Assembly: GCA_918285425.1 (NCBI GenBank) | Contig: CAKJZE010000021.1 | Coordinates: 1 to 47,583 of the forward strand | DNA: 47,583 nt | Origin: Clostridiales bacterium | Lineage (GTDB): Bacteria; Bacillota; Clostridia; Christensenellales; UBA1242 | Reading direction: 5' to 3' | Shown: positions 24,786-32,954 of the stretch, one piece after another | Layout: the number at the start of each line of letters is the position of its first letter | How positions within the stretch are numbered: the first letter of the stretch is position 1 | Notes under the pieces: model-generated | What the model saw: the letters and a program-made list of their open reading frames with translations, nothing else | The model's database searches: none | What the model was told of the DNA's origin: nothing | Translations under genes and position numbers: made by a program

Positions 24786-25895
24786 ATGAAAAAATTTAAA
24801 AGTTTAAATGTATTAATAAAACCAACTAATGGTTGTAATTTAAGATGTAAATATTGCTTTAATAATGAATATTCTACAGAAATGTTGAATATGAATGATT
24901 TTAAAAAACTCATATCTTTGTTAACAAAAAGATACAATAGTATAAGTATAATTTGGCATGGCGGCGAACCTACATTGTGGGGCTATGAAAATTTTAAAAA
25001 GGCAAATGATATTATAAAAAAATATTCTAAAAAAACAAAATTTTATCAGTGTATTCAATCTAATTGCGTTCATATTGATGATAAATTAATTGATTTCTTC
25101 ATTGAAAATAATATTTCAATTGGTTCATCTTTTGATGGAATTGATAATGACAAAACAAGAGGTTGTACAACGCAATATCTAAATACGATTGAAAAGTTAA
25201 ATAATAAAGGTATGCATGTGGGTGCTATCTGTGTAATAACACAACAAAATATAAATTCATTGTTGGATAATTATAATTATTTTAAACAAAGAAACCAATC
25301 CCTTAATTTAAGACCTATGATTAATTCAGGAGAAGCATTAAAAAATGCAGATGTTTATTCTGTGGATATAGAAGCATATATAGATAGTTTAAAAAAACTA
25401 CTTGAAGTATGGTTTTATGATACAACTTGCAATATTAAATTGCAACCATTCGAAACATTTTTGAATATGTTATTATACAAAAAAACATCAGTTTGCTGTT
25501 ATAATTCTTGTTTAACAAAGTGGCTCTGTCTTGAATCAAATGGTGATATTACACCATGTAACAGATGGTTCCCTTCAGAATATAAATATGGGAATATTAA
25601 AGAAATAAAATCTATCAAACAAATTTTTAAATCTGAAGGTTTAAAAAATCTTCTTGTTAAAGCTATTAAAAGAAGAGAAAAGTGTAAAGAGAATTGTGAA
25701 TATTTTGATGTTTGCAATGGTGGTTGTAATAATGAAGCACTTGTAAGTGGTGATATATCAAATAATGATATGCCAACATGTAAAATATTAAAAGCAATAA
25801 TACCCGATCTTAAGATATTAATTTCAAATGTAGAGGATATAAATAAGATTAATCCAAAAATTAAAGAGAGAGTGGGAAAATACATTAATCAGTAA
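24786..25895 (+). CDS. radical SAM enzyme with C-terminal SPASM-type auxiliary cluster domain (peptide maturase type)
   Basis: CNLRCKYC (CxxxCxxC) at residues 17-24. C-terminal Cys-rich region: CCYNSC...CLESNGDITPC...CKENCEYFDVCNGGC. Confidence 0.88.
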   Translation: MKKFKSLNVLIKPTNGCNLRCKYCFNNEYSTEMLNMNDFKKLISLLTKRYNSISIIWHGGEPTLWGYENFKKANDIIKKYSKKTKFYQCIQSNCVHIDDKLIDFFIENNISIGSSFDGIDNDKTRGCTTQYLNTIEKLNNKGMHVGAICVITQQNINSLLDNYNYFKQRNQSLNLRPMINSGEALKNADVYSVDIEAYIDSLKKLLEVWFYDTTCNIKLQPFETFLNMLLYKKTSVCCYNSCLTKWLCLESNGDITPCNRWFPSEYKYGNIKEIKSIKQIFKSEGLKNLLVKAIKRREKCKENCEYFDVCNGGCNNEALVSGDISNNDMPTCKILKAIIPDLKILISNVEDINKINPKIKERVGKYINQ

Positions 25896-25926
25896 TTTTT
25901 TTTAAAATGAAAAACATATAAATCAG

Positions 25927-25956
25927 TTGACAAAATGATAGTTTTAATGGTAAACT
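25927..25956 (+). promoter_or_regulatory. candidate promoter in front of the precursor genes
   Basis: TTGACA, 18 nt, TAAACT, about 20 nt upstream of an AAGGAG RBS. Confidence 0.5.
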
Positions 25957-25978
25957 TTGCAAGTAAGGAGAAGAAATT

Positions 25979-26143
25979 ATGTTTAGTATTAAAAATTTAA
26001 TTAAAAAATATAAAAAGCAATCATTAAAATTAGCGTATGCATATAATGATAGTGGAAAACACACAGATCACGAAGATCATATCGATCATGATACACGTTT
26101 GGGTCACGTTGATCATGATGATCATACGGATTGGACTGATTAA
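25979..26143 (+). CDS. 54-aa putative RiPP precursor peptide 1 (His/Asp-rich core); not in the ORF track
   Basis: AAGGAG 7 nt upstream of the ATG. Product: MFSIKNLIKKYKKQSLKLAYAYNDSGKHTDHEDHIDHDTRLGHVDHDDHTDWTD. Its leader is shared with the next ORF. Confidence 0.7.
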   Translation: MFSIKNLIKKYKKQSLKLAYAYNDSGKHTDHEDHIDHDTRLGHVDHDDHTDWTD

Positions 26144-26174
26144 TTTCAAAATATTACATTATGGAGAACTTACT

Positions 26175-26300
26175 ATGTTTAATTTCAAAAAGCTATTAAA
26201 AAAATATAATAAACAAATATTAAAACCAGCTTATACAAATTGCAATTTTGAGCATGTAGATCACGATGCTCAATTTGGTCATATTGATAATGGCCAATAG
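26175..26300 (+). CDS. 41-aa putative RiPP precursor peptide 2
   Basis: GGAGAA RBS 8 nt upstream of the ATG at 26175. Product: MFNFKKLLKKYNKQILKPAYTNCNFEHVDHDAQFGHIDNGQ. The track shows it only as the tail of an 87-aa ORF starting at 26037, whose N-terminal part overlaps peptide 1 out of frame. Confidence 0.7.
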   Translation: MFNFKKLLKKYNKQILKPAYTNCNFEHVDHDAQFGHIDNGQ

Positions 26301-26346
26301 TATAATAATTTGGAATTGTTATAACAATAAAATCAAAAATAAATAT

Positions 26347-26378
26347 AAAAACAAGCATTTTTATATGCTTGTTTTTTG
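26347..26378. terminator. Bidirectional terminator
   Basis: aaaacaagcat-ttttat-atgcttgtttt with flanking A and T runs, between convergent genes. Confidence 0.75.
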
Positions 26379-26395
26379 TATTTAAATAGATTCTT

Positions 26396-27052
26396 TTAAT
26401 TGGATCTTATTTTTATTTTGTATAAAATAAGAGAAGTAAGATATCCAAAACTCATGACAATGATGCCGCATACAAATGCAATAAGCAAGCCTTTTTGTGC
26501 AAAGGCGTACCAATCATAGTAAAGGTCAACGCTGCCATTATTAAAGTGAGAGCATACAACACTGAGATAAAAGATTGCATATAAAGTGAGATGTGAAATC
26601 CCCCAAAGTGAATCCTTAAGTTTGAACTTTTGTGTGTTTTCATAAAAGACAAAGCTTATCAAATTAAGAACTGGTATTGCAAAGTGGTAAAAGAAGTTGG
26701 CGTTCGCGTACATAGAGAAATAGCCTTCTTCCACTATAAAGCCAAGGAACAGGGCAACCACAAGGAAGGTTATAATAAGGTCAACAGTTGCAATATATCT
26801 TAAAATGTTTATGGTTTTTGGAATAACCTTTTTTGTTTTGTTTTCACGCAGCAGAAAGATTATATACAAAAGGGAAGTGATACCGGCAAGCACATTGGAT
26901 TGAACGGTGAAAAATTTAAACAATTTGAATCCATGCTCAATTGGCTTGGTTGCAACAATATATATTTCGCCAAAGCAAAAAATACTTCCCACAACTGCCA
27001 TGACAAAAATTATAATATTTAAAACTAATGCTATCTTTTGTTTTTTATTCAT
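26396..27052 (-). CDS. polytopic membrane protein (Pr6Pr-family-like)
   Basis: Six or so hydrophobic segments. The FTVQSNVL motif is recalled from the Pr6Pr family. Confidence 0.55.
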   Translation of the reverse strand: MNKKQKIALVLNIIIFVMAVVGSIFCFGEIYIVATKPIEHGFKLFKFFTVQSNVLAGITSLLYIIFLLRENKTKKVIPKTINILRYIATVDLIITFLVVALFLGFIVEEGYFSMYANANFFYHFAIPVLNLISFVFYENTQKFKLKDSLWGISHLTLYAIFYLSVVCSHFNNGSVDLYYDWYAFAQKGLLIAFVCGIIVMSFGYLTSLILYKIKIRSN

Positions 27053-27227
27053 AACAAGTTAATTGTAAAATAAATTTCTTAAGCTTGTCAATAATAAAAT
27101 TGAAAAATTGTATTGAGTTTTTATGTATTGATTTAATTATAATATAAATTCAAGTTCTGATATTTTTATAAAAAACATGACAATACTATTATTTGGTGCT
27201 ATAATAAGGATCAAAGGTAATTATCAT

Positions 27228-27539
27228 ATGAAAGTCAGAATTGTATTATCAGGACTGGGTAGACTTGAAACATTTATTATTAAAGAAGAAAATTCAAGTT
27301 TTATTTCGCCATCAGTATCTAGAAATATTGATACTGAAAAATTTTTTATTGAATTTAGAGAGGTAATTAAAAATTGGCCTGAAGAAATGGAAAATGGCTC
27401 TGTTCAAGATGGTTTAAATTGTGTGATTATGTTTAAAGATAATGACGAGCATGTGTTTATGTTCAACAATAAATTCCCAGATAATTTTGAAAAATTAGTA
27501 AATCTATTAAGGAGTTATGAAAATGGCAGCATTAACTAA
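27228..27539 (+). CDS. hypothetical protein (103 aa)
   Basis: ATG at 27228 after AAAGG. Upstream promoter-like ATGACA, 17 nt, TATAAT. Confidence 0.45.
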   Translation: MKVRIVLSGLGRLETFIIKEENSSFISPSVSRNIDTEKFFIEFREVIKNWPEEMENGSVQDGLNCVIMFKDNDEHVFMFNNKFPDNFEKLVNLLRSYENGSIN

Positions 27540-28830
27540 AGAGGGTATAAAAAATATAAGAGAAAGCATAATTGGTGATGATAAAAAACAATTGATTCAG
27601 GATAAGATTGCTAAATATTATATATCTATTGAAGAGAGTAAAGGTAAACCTGTTTCTGAGGAAAGAAAAACAGAAATAAACAACAATGTTCAAAAAATTG
27701 TTCAAAATATCAAGTACACAGTTATACCTATCAATGTTGGAGAATTTAATATAAATAGTTTCATCTCAAAACAACAAGGTTTAACGACAGAGCAAAAAAC
27801 TGAATTATCAAGTAATGCTGAGAGTATAATGAGAACTTATAGCAGTAAAAGTCCAGTAAAAATTTTCAAAGACAATGTTGTCGAAGCTTTTGGCTACAAA
27901 AAGGAAGATTTATATATTAAAGAACCTGGAATGATAATGACAAGACCTGGGCCTAAATATGAAGAGTTTATGACTTTAATGAAAAATATAGTAGAGGCAA
28001 ATACCGATCCGACAAACAATTCTGGAATGGAACACGATATCAATGTTATTGCTCAAGAATATAATAAAAATCCTATGTCAATACAAAACTACTTTAGCCA
28101 ATTAAGGAATCATAATTCTGGTGGATATTGCGATCAAAGGGAATCATATGAACCGATTGAAATAGTTATCAATGCGGGTGGCAATACTGCAATTTCAACT
28201 GTAGTACATGAAACTATGCATGCTATGTCATATCATAGTTATCCTGATGGTTCTTGTAAGTCAGGCTTTAATACTTCAGCTGAAAAAAATCAATATGGAT
28301 ATAGAAAATATCAGCTTTTTAATGAAGTTGTGAATGAATATTTGACACAGAAAGTTATGGGTAATTTTTCTGATGAAGATTGCGCAAAGTTTGGTATACA
28401 TAAAGAAAGTAAAAACGTTTATCAACAACTTATACCTCTTGTAAGTGATGTGCTTGACAAAAATGAAAATTTACTTATAGATTGTTTACTTTCTAATAAT
28501 CCTATGAAATTTAAAGAGATCATAGGTCATGAAAATTTTGAAACAATTGTGGATAAACTTACACTCATTGATGGTAAATTCAATTTTAAATATTATGGAA
28601 ATGAAAATCAAACATTGATTGATCTTTGTGAAAGTAAAGTGAGTCAAAACCCAAATTTTCAAATAGGTGATGAAAAATTTTCAATATCATCTGTTAAAAA
28701 TAATCTTGATTTTTTTAAATCCACTTTTTCAGGAAATAAAGAAATAATGGAAGTATTAAATGCCATTTCAGACCTTGACAATACATGTAAAAAAGTCAAT
28801 AGTAACAATACAAGTTTTGAAATGGAGTAA
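27523..28830 (+). CDS. hypothetical protein with an HExxH zinc-metallopeptidase-like motif
   Basis: VVHETMHAMSYH. AAGGAG 8 nt before the ATG at 27523. Overlaps the upstream ORF by 17 nt. Confidence 0.55.
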   Translation: MAALTKEGIKNIRESIIGDDKKQLIQDKIAKYYISIEESKGKPVSEERKTEINNNVQKIVQNIKYTVIPINVGEFNINSFISKQQGLTTEQKTELSSNAESIMRTYSSKSPVKIFKDNVVEAFGYKKEDLYIKEPGMIMTRPGPKYEEFMTLMKNIVEANTDPTNNSGMEHDINVIAQEYNKNPMSIQNYFSQLRNHNSGGYCDQRESYEPIEIVINAGGNTAISTVVHETMHAMSYHSYPDGSCKSGFNTSAEKNQYGYRKYQLFNEVVNEYLTQKVMGNFSDEDCAKFGIHKESKNVYQQLIPLVSDVLDKNENLLIDCLLSNNPMKFKEIIGHENFETIVDKLTLIDGKFNFKYYGNENQTLIDLCESKVSQNPNFQIGDEKFSISSVKNNLDFFKSTFSGNKEIMEVLNAISDLDNTCKKVNSNNTSFEME

Positions 28831-28859
28831 TTTTAAATAGGATTAACAAGGAGTAAAAT

Positions 28860-29660
28860 ATGAAATATGCATTTATAAGTGGATCGGAAAGTGGGCTTGC
28901 AAAGGCATCAATAAAGAAGCTTTCTGAAGCGGGATTTACAGTGTTTTGTGCCGATATTGCCTATAAAGAAAACAAGCAAGAAGGTAATTTGCACTATATT
29001 AAAATGGATATCACCAAAGATGATGATATCATTGCGGCCTTGAATTATGTGAAAAAAGTGACTGATAAAGTGGACATAGTATCAAATTTTGCAGGGATTG
29101 TAATTCTTGGTTCACTTGTGGAACTGCCAATAAAATCGTTGGACAAAATTATGTCAATCAATTTACTTGGAACATATAAGGTAAATGCAGTGTTCTTTCC
29201 ACTTGTTCAAAATGCTGGTGGAAGAATGATCAACATTTCAAGTGAGTATGGAAAAATTTGTGGAATTCCTTTCCATGGCTATTATGGTATAAGCAAGCAT
29301 GCGCTTGAAACTTATAACGAGAGTTTAAGACGTGAACTTGTGGGGTCTGGTGTGAAAGTGATTTGTATTCGTCCAGGTGCATTCAAGACAAATATGCAAG
29401 CGGGGGTTACCAAACAGTTTGACGAGATGGTGGCAAACACAAAAATGTATAAAGCACAGCTTACAAAAATGCAGGGTATGATGGCTGATGAACTTGGTAA
29501 GGCAAAGCCAACTGAAATTTTTGTCAAAGTTTATATGAAAGCAGTGTTAAGCAAAAAACCAAAAAGATACTATAAGGTAAATAACAGTTTTAAAATGAAA
29601 ATGCTTAATTTGATGCCAGAGGGTATGACGGATTGGGTATTTAAAAGCTATTTCGATTAA
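28860..29660 (+). CDS. SDR-family oxidoreductase
   Basis: N-terminal ISGSESGLA glycine motif, NISS, and YGISKHAL (YxxxK). Confidence 0.8.
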   Translation: MKYAFISGSESGLAKASIKKLSEAGFTVFCADIAYKENKQEGNLHYIKMDITKDDDIIAALNYVKKVTDKVDIVSNFAGIVILGSLVELPIKSLDKIMSINLLGTYKVNAVFFPLVQNAGGRMINISSEYGKICGIPFHGYYGISKHALETYNESLRRELVGSGVKVICIRPGAFKTNMQAGVTKQFDEMVANTKMYKAQLTKMQGMMADELGKAKPTEIFVKVYMKAVLSKKPKRYYKVNNSFKMKMLNLMPEGMTDWVFKSYFD

Positions 29661-29675
29661 TATTGTGAGGTAAAT

Positions 29676-30242
29676 ATGAAAGAAACAGAGATTACAGTTC
29701 AAGTTTTTGATAGTTTTGAAAACATTGACAGAATATTGAAGCAAAACGGTTTTGAAAGTACAAGAAAATTTAAGTTACATGATAGTTATTTTACTACAAT
29801 TAGTGATGTGGCTGGTGTGGATTTTAAACATCTTATAGACAATTCAATTTTGGTAAGGGAAATTACTGATGATAAAATTGTTGGCCAGTTGATGTATAAA
29901 AAAAAGAACTATGATGATGCCGGCAATGTTATAAGTGAGGAAAAGACAAAAGTAATAATTGATGATTTTGATAAGACAGTTAAAATATTGACTTTGGCAG
30001 GGCTGAATAATTATGTGCAGGTTAAAAACAGCTCAATAGTTTATAAAGATGATAAAATGGAAATTTGTTTGCAAGTTGTAGAAAACCTTGGCATTTTTAT
30101 TGAGTATGAAGAAGATGAATCTGTAAAGAATTTAACAGAACAGGAAAAAATAGAAATTATGACAGGCAATTTGAAAAGTCTTGGATTAAAACTTGGTGAA
30201 GATTACTCTTGTAAAAAAGTGGAAATGCTTTTAAATAAATAG
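29676..30242 (+). CDS. CYTH-domain (class IV adenylate cyclase / triphosphatase-like) protein, putative
   Basis: Size and opening strand ETEITVQV are reminiscent of the CYTH ExExK start (degenerate here). Acidic C-terminal strands FIEYEE. Confidence 0.4.
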   Translation: MKETEITVQVFDSFENIDRILKQNGFESTRKFKLHDSYFTTISDVAGVDFKHLIDNSILVREITDDKIVGQLMYKKKNYDDAGNVISEEKTKVIIDDFDKTVKILTLAGLNNYVQVKNSSIVYKDDKMEICLQVVENLGIFIEYEEDESVKNLTEQEKIEIMTGNLKSLGLKLGEDYSCKKVEMLLNK

Positions 30243-30249
30243 ACAAAAT

Positions 30250-30286
30250 AAAAAGACAAAATGTTTATAAATTTTGTCTTTTTTTA
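30250..30286. terminator. Bidirectional terminator
   Basis: aaaagacaaaat-gtttataa-attttgtctttt. Confidence 0.7.
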
Positions 30287-30289
30287 CAT

Positions 30290-32641
30290 TTAATCATTAA
30301 AGTTCCAATTTTGGATTTCTGGCATATCAACCCCATACTCTTCAATGAAAGCTTTATGTTTTTTCAGTTTGCTTTGCATCGTATTTGCTATGGATTGTTT
30401 TTGCTCAATTGGTATATTAATGTGTTTAAGCAGTTTAAGCATTTGATGGAAACGGTCAACGCCATTTCTAACCCTCATGTCAAAAGCAGTTGTGATTGTG
30501 CCTTCTTCTTGGTAGCCTGATACATGCATGTTTTGATTGTGACGATTGTATGTAAGCTGATGAATAAGTTGAGGATATCCATGGAAATTGAATATGATTG
30601 GTTTGTCTGTTGTAAACAACTTGTCATACTCTGAATTTGTAAGGCCGTGTGGGTGTTTGTCGCTTGAAACAAGTTTCATAAGGTCAACAACATTGATAAA
30701 TCTTACATTTAAACTTGGCAAATATTTTTTTATAAGAGATACGGTTGCAAGACTTTCGATTGTCGCGGTATCACCGCAGGAAGCAATGACAATGTCTGGA
30801 TTTTTAGTATCATTGAGACCTGCCCACTTCCATTCTGAAACACCTTTTGCACAATGCTGTTTTGCTTCTTCCATATTCAACCATTGATAGCTTGGGTGCT
30901 TTGAAGCCACAATGACGTTTACATAATTTTTGCTTTTTGCAGAGTGGTCATAGCAAGAGATAAGGCAATTTGCATCAGCAGGAAGGTAAACCCTTACAAC
31001 ATCTGCAGTTTTGTTTACAATATGATCCAAAAAGCCTGGATCTTGATGTGTGAAACCATTGTGGTCCTGTTGCCAAACATTGCTTGTGAGTATGAGATTG
31101 AGTGAGGAGATTGGTGCACGCCAAGCTAGGTCATTTGACATCTTAAGCCATTTTGCGTGCTGTGCCACCATGCTGTCAACAACACGTATAAATGCTTCAT
31201 AGCTGTTGAACATGCCATGTCTGCCAGTAAGTATATATCCTTCCAAAAGTCCTTCGCAAACATGTTCAGAAAGGTAACTGTCAAAGATCCTGCCATAAGG
31301 GGAAAGGTTTTCATCACTTGAGATAATATCTGCATTAAACGTACGTTTTTCAACATCAAAGACATTATAAAGTCGGTTACTGCAGGTTTCATCTGGACTG
31401 AAAATTCTGTAATTTTTGTTTTTTGCGTTTAGGCGGAATACATCACGAATATATTTGCTGAGTTCAAGCATATCTTGAGTTTTAACAACTCCATGCCCTT
31501 TAAACTGTACTGCATAGTCGTCTATGTTTGGAGTTTTAAGTTCTTTAAGTAAAAGACCTCCGTTTGCATTTGGATTGGCCGTCATTCTTTGCAATCCTTT
31601 TGGACAGATTGATTGATATTGTGGTTTAAGTTTATAATTTTTATCAAACAATTCATCAGGTTTATAGCTTAAAAGCCAATCTTCAAGCAATTTTAAATGC
31701 TCTGGCTTATTCATCTTTATAGGTATTTGATGTGCACGGAAAGAATTTTCCACCATAAGTCCATCAACAACTTTTGGGCAAGACCAACCTTTTGGACTCT
31801 TAAGAATTATCATAGGGTAAACAGGTCTTGAGTAAGTTGTTTGAGCATTGCGTTTGATTTGAATAATTTGTTCAATGGCACTGTCCATGGCTTCTGCCAT
31901 AAGTTGGTGCATTTTCTTTGTGTCCGAACCTTCAACGAAAATAGGGTTATATCCATAGCCTTCAAAGAGTTTTTTAAGTTCGCTTTTTGAAAGCCTTGCA
32001 AGAACTGTAGGATTATTAATTTTGTATCCGTTCATATGAAGAACTGGCAGAACAACTCCGTCAGTTTGTGGATTTAAAAATTTATTTATATGCCAAGAGG
32101 TCGCAAGTGGACCGGTTTCAGCTTCGCCATCTCCGACAACTACAGTTGTGATAAGAGAAGGGTTGTCAAGCACCGTTCCAAAGCCATGAGCCAAGCTGTA
32201 GCCAAGCTCACCACCTTCATGTATTGATCCTGGAGTTTCAGGTACGCAGTGGCTTCCAATACCACCAGGGAAGGAGAATCGTTTAAATAATTTTTGCATA
32301 CCTTCACGAGATTGCGAAATTTCTGGATAAACTTTTGAATAAACACCTTCAAGATAGCTGTTGGCAGTAAGAAAATTTCCGCCATGTCCTGGGCCAGAAA
32401 TAAAAATCATGTTTAAATTGTATTTATTTATAACCCTGTTGCAATGGGCATAGATAAAGTTTTGCCCAGGGACTGTGCCCCAGTGTCCAACAAGTTTAAG
32501 TTTAACATCATTTAAACATAATTTATGGTCGCGAAGCAGTGGATTATCCTTTAGGTAAAGTTGACCTGCAGAAAGATAGTTTGCTGCACGCCAGTATCCA
32601 TCAAGATTTTCAAAATATTCTTCACTTGAAAATTGATCCAT
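30290..32641 (-). CDS. xfp: xylulose-5-phosphate/fructose-6-phosphate phosphoketolase
   Basis: 783 aa. YWRAANYLSAGQLYLKDNPLL, GHWGTVPGQNF, EGGELGYSL and GDGEAETGP blocks. Confidence 0.92.
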   Translation of the reverse strand: MDQFSSEEYFENLDGYWRAANYLSAGQLYLKDNPLLRDHKLCLNDVKLKLVGHWGTVPGQNFIYAHCNRVINKYNLNMIFISGPGHGGNFLTANSYLEGVYSKVYPEISQSREGMQKLFKRFSFPGGIGSHCVPETPGSIHEGGELGYSLAHGFGTVLDNPSLITTVVVGDGEAETGPLATSWHINKFLNPQTDGVVLPVLHMNGYKINNPTVLARLSKSELKKLFEGYGYNPIFVEGSDTKKMHQLMAEAMDSAIEQIIQIKRNAQTTYSRPVYPMIILKSPKGWSCPKVVDGLMVENSFRAHQIPIKMNKPEHLKLLEDWLLSYKPDELFDKNYKLKPQYQSICPKGLQRMTANPNANGGLLLKELKTPNIDDYAVQFKGHGVVKTQDMLELSKYIRDVFRLNAKNKNYRIFSPDETCSNRLYNVFDVEKRTFNADIISSDENLSPYGRIFDSYLSEHVCEGLLEGYILTGRHGMFNSYEAFIRVVDSMVAQHAKWLKMSNDLAWRAPISSLNLILTSNVWQQDHNGFTHQDPGFLDHIVNKTADVVRVYLPADANCLISCYDHSAKSKNYVNVIVASKHPSYQWLNMEEAKQHCAKGVSEWKWAGLNDTKNPDIVIASCGDTATIESLATVSLIKKYLPSLNVRFINVVDLMKLVSSDKHPHGLTNSEYDKLFTTDKPIIFNFHGYPQLIHQLTYNRHNQNMHVSGYQEEGTITTAFDMRVRNGVDRFHQMLKLLKHINIPIEQKQSIANTMQSKLKKHKAFIEEYGVDMPEIQNWNFND

Positions 32642-32954
32642 AATTCACCTCTGTTGTGATAATTATACACTATTGCAATTTGAATTAACAAATTAATTTG
32701 CAGAAATAATGAAATAATTTGCAATAAATATTGTTTTCAAAATACATAAATTAAGTTAATTTGTTTTATTCAAGCGGAATTTTGTATGTTTTTATCAAAA
32801 AAAGTGTCATTTTAGGAAAAAAATGCTATTTTGTTTGTCAGTCAATGAATTATTATGATATATTAATGTTGTTATCAAAGATAACTTTTATTTTTTATTA
32901 CATAACAAATATTTTTTAACACAAACTATAAAAAATAAAAATGGGGAGGCGACC

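Larger units (their letters stand above)
10942..26380. mobile_element. tRNA-Ser-associated genomic island (defence/RiPP cargo); right boundary not resolved
   Basis: Serine recombinase abutting the tRNA, a visibly higher AT content than the flanks, R-M and abortive-infection-type cargo, and mosaic repeat junctions. No att repeat was found, so the right end could lie anywhere from about 24.2 to 28.9 kb. Confidence 0.5.

Noticed and set aside
26037-26174. The upstream extension of the 87-aa ORF containing precursor peptide 2
   Set aside because: It overlaps peptide 1 in another frame and has no RBS at 26037. The leader homology between the two peptides begins exactly at the ATG at 26175, which has its own GGAGAA.
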